From: an uncultured Bacteroidota bacterium
GTDB lineage: Bacteria > Bacteroidota > Bacteroidia > UKL13-3
Length of the DNA stretch: 64,000 nt
Assembly: GCA_903850915.1 (NCBI GenBank)
Contig: CAINMV010000034.1
Location: 37-64,036, forward strand
Reading direction: 5' to 3'
Under the pieces are notes generated by a model. The model was not told the origin of the DNA and did not search any database. It was given only the letters and a program-made list of their open reading frames with translations. Numbering within the stretch: position 1 is the first letter of the stretch; each line of letters opens with the position of its first letter. Shown in pieces: positions 1-8,375 of the stretch. Position numbers and translations under genes: made by a program.

Positions 1-61
1 GAAAAATTACGATATTTAGAGTTTTTTCGGTTGTTTTTTGGATTTTTTTGCAGAAAATGGC
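1..61. repeat. copy 1 of a ~61-bp non-coding direct repeat (copy 2 at 189-249, about 59/61 identical)
   Basis: The string gaaaaattacgatattt.gagttttttcggt.gttttttggatttttttgcagaaaatgg occurs twice, 188 bp apart. Copy 1 has in-frame stops, so it is not a conserved ORF. Confidence 0.6.
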
Positions 62-188
62 AGAAAATACACTTTAATCGCATATTAATTTAGGCCTCTT
101 TTTTTAGTTAAAACAGGTAAGCTGCTGAATTCTCAAAAATATAGTATTGGAACTTTCAATTTTCTTTCATTTTTGTTCACTTTTAGAT

Positions 189-249
189 GAAAAATTACGA
201 TATTTTGAGTTTTTTCGGTGGTTTTTTGGATTTTTTTGCAGAAAATGGA
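189..249. repeat. copy 2 of the ~61-bp direct repeat
   Basis: Direct alignment with 1-61 shows 2 mismatches. Confidence 0.6.
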
Positions 250-513
250 AGGAAATCTAATTTCAGCAGAGTAGAAATTTAATTCTCATTTGAGGAAGAA
301 AAAAGCATCATTTTTTCTTGATTTTGTATTAAAAATCGGTTAAAAGGCACTTTTGCAACTTATTTTAAAATAATACTTACACCTTTGTCGTTGTCTCCAA
401 AAGGGGCTTTTAAAACACGGGAAGTCGGTCAAGGTGTAGTAGAATATTTGTTATAATGTATTAAATCATCGACAAACATAATTTAGGTTAAGAAGTACAG
501 CTTCTAGAAATGT

Positions 514-521
514 TATCTTTG
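514..521 (+). promoter_or_regulatory. putative Bacteroidota sigma-A -7 box (TATCTTTG; consensus TAnnTTTG) upstream of the cytochrome lipoprotein cluster
   Basis: Motif match lies 37 bp upstream of the ATG at 558. Confidence 0.3.
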
Positions 522-557
522 CATCACACTGTTAAGGGAATAATTTAAAAAAATCGC

Positions 558-1253
558 ATGAAAAGGTACTCAACATTGCTTATCAGCCTACTTTTTGGAG
601 GTATGATTGTTATTTGGGCTTGCAAGCACCAGATTCCTGATCCACCAATACCTAATTCTAATATACCAGGGCAGACCGGAAGAGCATGCGATAGCGACTC
701 CGTGTATTTTGCCAATGAAATTCTTCCACTGTTAAAGTCGACCTGTGCCACCAGTGGCTGCCACGACGCTTTTACCCAGAAAGAAGGTGTGCAGATTACA
801 AGTTATGCGACAATAATAGACTATGTGGTTCCAAGCAATGCCAATAATAGCAAGCTTTACGAGGTGATAACCAAAACTAACAAGCGAATGCCTCCTGCTC
901 CGATGGCTGCCTTAACGGTAGCGGAAATTGCTAAAATTAAAAAGTGGATTAGTCAGGGTGCTAAAGACAACGCTTGCGACCATTGTGACACCTTAGACTA
1001 CAAATTTAGCACAGCGGTAAAGCCCTTGCTCGACTTAAAATGCAAAGGTTGCCATAACCCAGCGAGCTTAGGCGGGGGCATCGACCTATCCACGTATGCC
1101 GCAACTAAAATATCGGCTTCCAACGGCAAGCTTTATGGTGCAGTGAACTGGTCGACTGGCTTCAAGGCCATGCCACAGAACTCAGCGAAGATGCCGTCGT
1201 GCGAGATTTTACAAATTAAAAAATGGATAGACAGCGGAGCACCAAACAACTAA
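558..1253 (+). CDS. lipoprotein with two PSCyt1-like c-type cytochrome modules; module 1 has CX4CH (CATSGCH), module 2 has CXXCH (CKGCH)
   Basis: Signal peptide with lipobox (IWAC). Two ~95-aa modules each end in a WIxxGAxxN motif. Haem-binding motifs are present. Paralog of the ORF at 1298-1993. Confidence 0.7.
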   Translation: MKRYSTLLISLLFGGMIVIWACKHQIPDPPIPNSNIPGQTGRACDSDSVYFANEILPLLKSTCATSGCHDAFTQKEGVQITSYATIIDYVVPSNANNSKLYEVITKTNKRMPPAPMAALTVAEIAKIKKWISQGAKDNACDHCDTLDYKFSTAVKPLLDLKCKGCHNPASLGGGIDLSTYAATKISASNGKLYGAVNWSTGFKAMPQNSAKMPSCEILQIKKWIDSGAPNN

Positions 1254-1297
1254 AAGAAACACATCTCGACTAAATGAATTTTAATTAACAATTTAGC

Positions 1298-1993
1298 ATG
1301 AAAAGAAATACAACGTGGCTTATTAGCATGCTTTTTGGAGGTATGATCATTTTATGGGCTTGCAAGCACGAGCTTCCTGAGCCTTTAGAGCCAGCATCGA
1401 ATACTCCCGGACTTACTGGTAGAGAATGTGACCCTGATTCCGTTTATTTTGGCAATGAGATTCTTCCAATCCTTAAATCGAATTGCGCTACAAGTGGATG
1501 TCACGATGCCTTTACCAAAGCAGAGGGTGTTCAAATCACAAGCTATAAAACCATAATGAAATATGTTGTACCAAGCAATGCCAATAATAGCTCGCTTTAC
1601 CGATCGATTAACAAAACACACGAGAGAATGCCACCACCGCCCATGGCCGCATTAACAGCAGCGCAAATAGCTCGTATTAAACTATGGATTAATCAAGGAG
1701 CAAAAAATAATGCTTGCGACCATTGTGACACCTTAGACTACAAATTTAGCACAGCTGTAAAGCCTCTTCTCGATTTAAAATGCAAGGGTTGTCATAGCCC
1801 AGGTAGCTTAGGCGGCGGAATAGATTTATCGACCTATGCGGCTGCAAAAATATCTGCATTAAACGGCAAGCTATTTGGTTCAGTAAATTGGTCATCAGGT
1901 TTCAAAGTGATGCCGCAGAACTCACCGAAGATGCCAGCTTGCGAGATTTTACAAATTAAAAAATGGGTAGACGACGGAGCTCCAAATAACTAA
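1298..1993 (+). CDS. paralogous two-module PSCyt1-like c-type cytochrome lipoprotein (CATSGCH + CKGCH)
   Basis: About 75% aa identity to 558-1253, with the same architecture and lipobox. Identical DNA stretches of 42 nt and 27 nt are shared with the upstream copy. Confidence 0.7.
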   Translation: MKRNTTWLISMLFGGMIILWACKHELPEPLEPASNTPGLTGRECDPDSVYFGNEILPILKSNCATSGCHDAFTKAEGVQITSYKTIMKYVVPSNANNSSLYRSINKTHERMPPPPMAALTAAQIARIKLWINQGAKNNACDHCDTLDYKFSTAVKPLLDLKCKGCHSPGSLGGGIDLSTYAAAKISALNGKLFGSVNWSSGFKVMPQNSPKMPACEILQIKKWVDDGAPNN

Positions 1994-1999
1994 AACACT

Positions 2000-2383
2000 A
2001 TGCCTTCTAAAAAATTATTTTTATTATCGAGCCTTGCTATAGCCTTGGCATTTTACGCCTCTTGTTATTACGACAAAGCGGATTTGTTGTATCCCAACTC
2101 CTTAGCCTCTGAATGCGATACAACTGTGGTTTCATATAGTGAGAAGGTAGTGCCGGTATTAAGTCAAAACTGTTACAGTTGTCATACAGCCGCATCTGCA
2201 GGCGGTGGTGTTGTACTAGGCACCTATGAAGCCGATAAGGCCTATGCTAATAATGGCAAGCTTCTTGGTGTATCGATATGGTCGCAAGGATTTTCGCCCA
2301 TGCCCAAAGGAGGAAGCCGTATGACTACCTGTCAAATCGCTAAAATTTCACGTTGGATTGCAGCAGGAGCGCCAAACAATTAA
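2000..2383 (+). CDS. single-module PSCyt1-like c-type cytochrome lipoprotein (CYSCH)
   Basis: Lipobox FYASC. One module is homologous to the C-terminal modules of the two upstream genes. It ends in WIAAGAPNN, the same terminus as the paralogs. Confidence 0.7.
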   Translation: MPSKKLFLLSSLAIALAFYASCYYDKADLLYPNSLASECDTTVVSYSEKVVPVLSQNCYSCHTAASAGGGVVLGTYEADKAYANNGKLLGVSIWSQGFSPMPKGGSRMTTCQIAKISRWIAAGAPNN

Positions 2384-2388
2384 AAAAA

Positions 2389-2853
2389 ATGATTATGACA
2401 CAAAAGAGAAAAACGACACTTATCATCCTATCCTTTCTATTGCTTTTGGCTGCTGGGGCTGTATATTATGGCTATCGTGAATATTACAGAACCAACACTT
2501 CATTGGAGCGAAGCACGCCCAATTTCACCATGGCTGCCGATGAGCTTATCAACTCTTTTTCATCGGATGAGAAAGGTGCAAATGCTAAATTTCTAGATAG
2601 AATAATACAGGTTAATGGCACCATTAAATCGGTTGACAAAGACGAAAAGGGGTATTACACCTTGGTGATTTCGAACCCAACGTCGATGTCGTCGGTGCGA
2701 TGCAGTATGGATAGTTTAGAGATGCAAAAAGCAAGCCTTGTTAAAACCGACCAAACCCTTGCTGTTAAGGGTATATGCACTGGCTACAATGCCGATGAAA
2801 TGGGCCTTGGCGCTGATGTAATATTAAACCGTTGTATAATCGTAGAAAATTAA
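2389..2853 (+). CDS. small exported OB-fold protein (tRNA_anti-like / BOF/YgiW-like family, tentative)
   Basis: In-frame ATG at 2389 lies just after the stop of the upstream gene (the ORF-track start at 2353 would overlap it). It has an N-terminal TM/signal segment. Family assignment is from memory only. Confidence 0.45.
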   Translation: MIMTQKRKTTLIILSFLLLLAAGAVYYGYREYYRTNTSLERSTPNFTMAADELINSFSSDEKGANAKFLDRIIQVNGTIKSVDKDEKGYYTLVISNPTSMSSVRCSMDSLEMQKASLVKTDQTLAVKGICTGYNADEMGLGADVILNRCIIVEN

Positions 2854-2890
2854 AAAATCAAATCCAATTTTATAATTATTTAAATCAATC

Positions 2891-3451
2891 ATGAACAAAT
2901 TCCTATTATTTTTATTCGCCATTTCTTTATCGAGCCTGCTTCACGCTCAGGACAAATTTTTCACTAAAACAGGCAAAGTATATTTTGATGCTACCGCACC
3001 AAAATCGCCTGAGAAAATAACAGCAGTAAACAAAAGCGCCACCTGTGTGCTCGACACCAAAACGGGCAACATGCAATTCTCCTTACTTATGAAAGGGTTT
3101 GAATTTGAACGTGCTTTAATGCAAGAACATTTCAACGAAAACTATGCCGAAAGCACCAAATTTCCGAAGTCGGAGTTTAAAGGTAACATTGCAGAAAATG
3201 CCAATGTAAATTACACCAAAGATGGCGTTTACGTGGTGAAAGTTAAAGGACAACTTACCTTACATGGCGAAACAAAAGAGGTAGAAACAAGTGGCACCGT
3301 GAGTGTTAAAGGAGGAAGCATTAGCCTTGCAGCTACCTTCACCATTAATTTAGAAGAGTACAAGGTAAATGTGCCAACGGTAGTAGGTGATAAGGTTTCT
3401 AAAACCGCTAAAATTACCGTTGACTGTGCCTTGGAACCCCTTAAAAAATAA
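2891..3451 (+). CDS. YceI-family periplasmic protein (polyisoprenoid/lipid-binding fold)
   Basis: Signal peptide present. Length and sequence pattern are typical of YceI-like proteins. Confidence 0.65.
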   Translation: MNKFLLFLFAISLSSLLHAQDKFFTKTGKVYFDATAPKSPEKITAVNKSATCVLDTKTGNMQFSLLMKGFEFERALMQEHFNENYAESTKFPKSEFKGNIAENANVNYTKDGVYVVKVKGQLTLHGETKEVETSGTVSVKGGSISLAATFTINLEEYKVNVPTVVGDKVSKTAKITVDCALEPLKK

Positions 3452-3487
3452 TTCGTTGGCATTTGCCAAACAAACAAAATTCATACC

Positions 3488-4387
3488 ATGCTTAAGAAAC
3501 ACCTGTTTCCATTAATCTTTCTTTTTGTTACTTTATTTAGCAACAAAATTATTGCACAACCCGCCGACGATTTGTTGAGTTTGGTAGGAGAAGACAAGCC
3601 CAAAAAAGAGTTTGTGAAGAATGCCTTTAAATCTACCAAAGTAATTAACGGTCATTCGATGGAGTTTTTGTCGGCAGGAACCATGGATTTCAGAATTTTG
3701 CACCGTTTTGGATTGCTTGATCAAGGCTATAAAAATTTCTTTGGTTTAGATCAAGCAAGCATGCGTATGGCCTTCGACTTCGGCTTACTTCCCAACCTAA
3801 TGGCGGGTATTGGCAGAAGCACCTACAAGAAAGAAGTGGATGGTTTTATAAAATATGCTCCCATACGACAAGCTACCGGCACAAAGGGTCTTCCATTAAC
3901 AATTGCGATTGTTAGTGGAATGACCTGGAACACGGCGCCATGGCCAGATCCAACGATTCATAACTATAACACGTCTCGCTTAGCCTATTACTTCCAAGGT
4001 ATATTTGGGAGGAAGTTTAGCGAATCGCTAAGTTTGCAGTTGTCGCCTACGTTATTGCATCGCAATATTGTGGCATTAAATACAACACCCAACGATGAAT
4101 ACTCCATTGGATTTGCAGGCCGGTATAAAGTTACCAAGCGCATGGCCATAACTTGGGATTACTTTTACAGAATCAATGGTCGTGAGAAAAATGTAACCTT
4201 TGACCCTATATCTATAGGCATTGACATTGAGACAGGAGGCCACGTATTTCAGCTTCACGTATCCAACTGCGTTGGCATGAATGAGCGCGCGTTTTTAGAT
4301 GAGACCACGAGCAATTGGCTCAAAGGAGGCATACGTTTTGGATTTAACTTATCACGAGTGTTTCAATTGAAAAGCCACAATGAATAG
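3488..4387 (+). CDS. secreted hypothetical protein, probable outer-membrane beta-barrel (DUF5777-like, tentative)
   Basis: Signal peptide present. Alternating amphipathic segments suggest a beta-barrel. DUF assignment is from memory. Confidence 0.45.
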   Translation: MLKKHLFPLIFLFVTLFSNKIIAQPADDLLSLVGEDKPKKEFVKNAFKSTKVINGHSMEFLSAGTMDFRILHRFGLLDQGYKNFFGLDQASMRMAFDFGLLPNLMAGIGRSTYKKEVDGFIKYAPIRQATGTKGLPLTIAIVSGMTWNTAPWPDPTIHNYNTSRLAYYFQGIFGRKFSESLSLQLSPTLLHRNIVALNTTPNDEYSIGFAGRYKVTKRMAITWDYFYRINGREKNVTFDPISIGIDIETGGHVFQLHVSNCVGMNERAFLDETTSNWLKGGIRFGFNLSRVFQLKSHNE

Positions 4388-4635
4388 CCAAAACGCCATT
4401 CTGAAGTGCGTTTCGGAACATTAAGAGTTCAATAATTGATTAATAGTACCAAATTACGTAGAGATTAATTTAACCTTTTTTCTACAAACGGGGCGCACCT
4501 TTGCTACAAAAGAGTTAAAGCTTCGGAGCTTGGCAACATTATTAAATTCAGAATGTCAAATTCGAAAAAATCAATGCTAAAAAAGCTTCATCAGCGCTTT
4601 AAAATATTACTCCACTAGAAACTATAATTTTTTAT

Positions 4636-4643
4636 TATTTTTG
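4636..4643 (+). promoter_or_regulatory. -7 box TATTTTTG inside the 13-mer ttattatttttgc upstream of tRNA-Leu
   Basis: TAnnTTTG consensus. The identical 13-mer recurs upstream of tRNA-Arg at 60673-60685. Confidence 0.4.
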
Positions 4644-4660
4644 CTGTGATATTTACACAT

Positions 4661-4742
4661 GCCCATGTGGTGAAATTGGTAGACACGCTACTTTGAGGTG
4701 GTAGTTCCGAAAGGTGTAGGAGTTCGAGTCTCCTCGTGGGCA
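4661..4742 (+). tRNA. tRNA-Leu (anticodon GAG), long variable arm
   Basis: Hand-folded. Acceptor GCCCATG/CGTGGGC. Anticodon stem CTACT/GGTAG with loop TTGAGGT. T-arm is GAGTTCGAGTCTC. Length is 82 nt with no encoded CCA. Confidence 0.8.
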
Positions 4743-4882
4743 CTTTCTTTTCTTTTTTGATAAGTCTTGAGTCATTAGTATCGAGTCTATAGCATTCATA
4801 TTGTTTTTTAATTCCTACCTTTGCATTGCGTTTAATTTACTGTAGTGCTTTTTCTTTAATTAGCGCGAATTACCTGTTATCT

Positions 4883-5980
4883 ATGAGCAAAAGGGGCAAA
4901 GTATTGTTAGCGATGAGTGGCGGTGTGGATAGCACCGTGGCTGCTGTTATGTTAAAAGAACAGGGCTATGAGGTGGTTGGGATTACCATGAAAACATGGG
5001 ACTATGCCACCAGCGGAGGCAGCAAGAAGGAAACAGGATGCTGCAGCTTAGACAGCATTAATGATGCTCGGGCGATTGCCGTAGAGCATGGCATTCACCA
5101 TTTCATATTAGATATACGTGATGAATTTGGTGATTTTGTAATTGACAATTTTGTTGAAGAATATATTGCAGGACGCACACCAAATCCTTGTGTACTATGC
5201 AACACCCATATAAAGTGGGAAGCCCTATTAAAACGCGCCGATCAACTCGATTGTGAATTTATTGCTACAGGCCATTACGCTCAAGTGCGTGAAGAAAATG
5301 CCCGCTTCGTGATTTCTAAAGGTCTGGATGAAAATAAAGATCAAAGCTATGTTTTATGGGGTTTAACACAAAAAAGTTTAGCCCGAACGCTATTCCCTGT
5401 TGGCGGATACCATAAGCCTGAAATTCGGCAAATGGCCTTAGATTGGGGCTATGCCGACTTGGCTAACAAGAGTGAAAGCTATGAAATTTGTTTTGTGCCT
5501 GACAACGACTATCGTGGGTTTTTAAAACGTCGTGTGCCTGGCTTGGAAGAACGTGTGGAAGGCGGAAACTTTGTGATGACCGATGGCACCGTAGTTGGAA
5601 AGCATCGCGGCTATCCGTTTTACACGGTGGGTCAGCGCAAAGGCTTAGAAATAGCCTTAGGTCGCCCCATTTTTGTGGTTGAGATACAACCTGAAACCAA
5701 CACGGTGGTGCTTGGCGATGTAAACGACATGGACCGCTCCGCAATGTGGGTAAGAAATATTAATTTAAGTAAATATGCTTCACTAATGGAGCCACTAGAA
5801 GCCTTAACCAAAATTCGCTACAAAGACATTGGTCATTTAGGCAGCATTGAACAAGAAGGTACTCGCATGAAGGTAAACTTTTACGACAAAGTAAATGCCA
5901 TTGCCCCCGGGCAAGCCGCCGTTTTTTATGAAGGTAATGATGTAGTAGGCGGAGGATGGATTGAAAAAGGCCTGATTTAA
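4883..5980 (+). CDS. mnmA: tRNA-specific 2-thiouridylase MnmA
   Basis: PP-loop SGGVDS and the NPCVLCN motif are present. Start chosen at in-frame ATG 4883 (MSKRGKVLLAMSGGVDS). Confidence 0.9.
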   Translation: MSKRGKVLLAMSGGVDSTVAAVMLKEQGYEVVGITMKTWDYATSGGSKKETGCCSLDSINDARAIAVEHGIHHFILDIRDEFGDFVIDNFVEEYIAGRTPNPCVLCNTHIKWEALLKRADQLDCEFIATGHYAQVREENARFVISKGLDENKDQSYVLWGLTQKSLARTLFPVGGYHKPEIRQMALDWGYADLANKSESYEICFVPDNDYRGFLKRRVPGLEERVEGGNFVMTDGTVVGKHRGYPFYTVGQRKGLEIALGRPIFVVEIQPETNTVVLGDVNDMDRSAMWVRNINLSKYASLMEPLEALTKIRYKDIGHLGSIEQEGTRMKVNFYDKVNAIAPGQAAVFYEGNDVVGGGWIEKGLI

Positions 5981-6247
5981 GACAAAAAAACGCGAGCATA
6001 CCTATTTATGTCAGTCATTTAAGCAAAACTAGCCATACAGGCCAAAAAGCGCTTAATTTGAGGTTTTAATTTACTACCATACCCTAAATTAATCTAGCAT
6101 CATCTTTTTTTAACGTTTTTGGTTATAATAATCAACTTTTAGAATTCAAAAAACGCAATTTGCAATTTGTTGCTAAGCTGTTTAGTAACATTAGTTCCGC
6201 ACAGTAATTTTGTGGAAAATCCTATTTAATATCGGGGCTTGTGCCCT

Positions 6248-6255
6248 TACTTTTG
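6248..6255 (+). promoter_or_regulatory. putative -7 box TACTTTTG upstream of parE (about 100-nt leader)
   Basis: Motif match only. Confidence 0.25.
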
Positions 6256-6354
6256 CAAGTGGAAAGAATAAAACACATTTTTAGCGACCAAAATCTCATT
6301 TTCAGCGATGCAGTGAATTAGGCGCAAAATGATCAATTACGTAAAAGAAACACC

Positions 6355-8235
6355 ATGGCAACTGCAAAATATACTGAAGATAACATCAAATCGTTGGAGC
6401 CACACGAACATATCCGACTGCGGCCAGGCATGTATATTGGCAAGCTAGGGGATGGAAGCGCACCTGATGATGGCATCTATATCCTTTTCAAAGAAATTGT
6501 TGACAACAGTATCGATGAATTTATCATGGGAGGCGGTAACGAAATTGAGATCACCGTGACAGAGCATCGGGTTCAGGTTCGCGACTATGGCCGAGGCATC
6601 CCTTTGGGCAAAGTAATTGATTGCGTAAGCAAAATTAACACCGGGGGGAAATACGATAGCAACGCCTTTCAAAAATCGGTAGGGCTAAACGGCGTTGGTA
6701 CCAAGGCTGTTAATGCCTTGAGCTATTATTTCCGAGTACAGAGCATACGCGATGGCCGAACCAAAGTAGCCGAATTTAGCCGAGGGGTTATCACAAAAAA
6801 CGAAAAAGAACGGGATGAAAGTGACTACCAAGGGACCATCATGACCTTCGAGCCTGACAATACCATCTTTAAAAATTTCAAATACAAGACGGAGTTCCTA
6901 GAGAGTCAGATTCGCAATTATGTTTACTTAAACGCCGGATTAACGATACGATTTAATGGCAAAAAATTCTTAAGCAAAAACGGACTTTTAGACTTGCTTA
7001 CAGAAAAAACAGATGAGACAATTCTTTACCCAATCATTCATTGCCGTAGCAAAGACATTGAATTTGCCCTTACCCATGGCAACAGCTATGGCGAGGAATA
7101 TTACAGCTTTGTAAACGGTCAATATACCTCGCAAGGAGGAACCCATTTGGGCTACTTTAGAGAAGCCCTCGTAAAAACAATACGTGATTTTTACAAGAAG
7201 GATTACGACGCCTCCGACGTACGTACCTCTGTGATTGCAGCCATTAGCATCAAAATTCAGGAACCTGTTTTTGAATCACAGACAAAAACGAAGTTAGGTT
7301 CACAGACAATAGAACCAAATGGTGGCGCATCACTGCGCTCCTTCATACATGAGTATATTACCAAAGAGCTGGATATATACCTGCATAAAAACCCTGAGAC
7401 TGCGCGAATAATTCAGAATAAAATAATACAGAGCGAACGAGAGCGCAAAGAGATTGCCGGAATTAAAAAGCTAGCCAACGACCGCGCCAAAAAAGCCAAT
7501 CTGCATAACAAAAAGTTACGCGATTGTAAGATTCATCTAGACGACGAAAAGCATGAAAATAGATTTGAGAGCACCATCTTTATCACCGAAGGAGATAGTG
7601 CGAGTGGATCCATCACCAAAGCACGCGATGTGCAAACACAAGCCGTTTTTAGTTTGCGTGGAAAACCTTTAAACTGCTATGGACTCACAAAAAAAATAGT
7701 TTATGAAAATGAAGAGTTTAATCTACTTCAGCATGCGTTAAATGTTGAAAATGGAATTGATAACTTACGTTACAACCAAATTGTTTTGGCTACAGATGCC
7801 GATGTGGATGGGATGCATATCCGTTTGTTGATTATGACCTTCTTCTTGCATTTCTTCCCGGAGTTAGTGAAAAATGGACATCTTTTTATACTTCAAACAC
7901 CCCTTTTTCGTGTAAGAAACAAGAAAGAAACCATTTATTGCTATAGCGAACAAGAGAAGCAAAATGCCATTCGCAAACTAACCTCCAACCCCGAAATCAC
8001 GCGCTTTAAGGGCCTTGGTGAAATAAGTCCACAGGAATTTGAGCAGTTTATTAATGAAGGCATACGCCTCGAACCGGTGCTCTTAACCAAAGAGATGAGC
8101 ATTCAAAAATTACTCGAATACTTTATGGGTAAAAACACTCCGCAACGGCAAGAATTTATTATTGAAAATCTTCGAATAGAAGAAGATGATTTAAAACAAT
8201 TAGAGGACATTGTTGAACTAGAAATTGACAACTAG
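6355..8235 (+). CDS. parE: DNA topoisomerase IV subunit B (type IIA topoisomerase ATPase/TOPRIM subunit)
   Basis: GHKL ATPase and TOPRIM motifs (EGDSA, DADVDG). It is 626 aa and sits immediately upstream of the A subunit. Confidence 0.8.
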   Translation: MATAKYTEDNIKSLEPHEHIRLRPGMYIGKLGDGSAPDDGIYILFKEIVDNSIDEFIMGGGNEIEITVTEHRVQVRDYGRGIPLGKVIDCVSKINTGGKYDSNAFQKSVGLNGVGTKAVNALSYYFRVQSIRDGRTKVAEFSRGVITKNEKERDESDYQGTIMTFEPDNTIFKNFKYKTEFLESQIRNYVYLNAGLTIRFNGKKFLSKNGLLDLLTEKTDETILYPIIHCRSKDIEFALTHGNSYGEEYYSFVNGQYTSQGGTHLGYFREALVKTIRDFYKKDYDASDVRTSVIAAISIKIQEPVFESQTKTKLGSQTIEPNGGASLRSFIHEYITKELDIYLHKNPETARIIQNKIIQSERERKEIAGIKKLANDRAKKANLHNKKLRDCKIHLDDEKHENRFESTIFITEGDSASGSITKARDVQTQAVFSLRGKPLNCYGLTKKIVYENEEFNLLQHALNVENGIDNLRYNQIVLATDADVDGMHIRLLIMTFFLHFFPELVKNGHLFILQTPLFRVRNKKETIYCYSEQEKQNAIRKLTSNPEITRFKGLGEISPQEFEQFINEGIRLEPVLLTKEMSIQKLLEYFMGKNTPQRQEFIIENLRIEEDDLKQLEDIVELEIDN

Positions 8236-8375
8236 TCCCTTTATCCTTGAAAATCGAAGACATCGTGAAGCCTGGCCGCAAAAGCAATAAACAAGTAAAT
8301 TACAAACCTAGAAAAAACAAAAAAATAAAATTTTCATAGACGTTTTTTGAGGACAACAGAGAATTAGTTACAACA

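Noticed and set aside
187-288. 33-aa ORF (MKNYDILSFFGGFLDFFAENGRKSNFSRVEI) starting in repeat copy 2
   Set aside because: The equivalent frame in repeat copy 1 is interrupted by stops, so the repeat is not protein-coding.
2353-2388. ORF-track start at 2353 for the OB-fold protein
   Set aside because: That start would overlap the upstream cytochrome gene by 30 nt and adds non-signal residues. The internal ATG at 2389 gives a clean N-terminal TM/signal segment.
5981-6354. 374-bp ORF-free region upstream of parE, checked for tmRNA, RNase P RNA and SRP RNA
   Set aside because: There is no tRNA-like T-arm (GGTTCGAATCC), no RNase P P4 motif (AGGAAAGTCCGGGC) and no SRP domain IV motif. Only a small hairpin and a -7 box are present, so it is most likely a promoter and leader.
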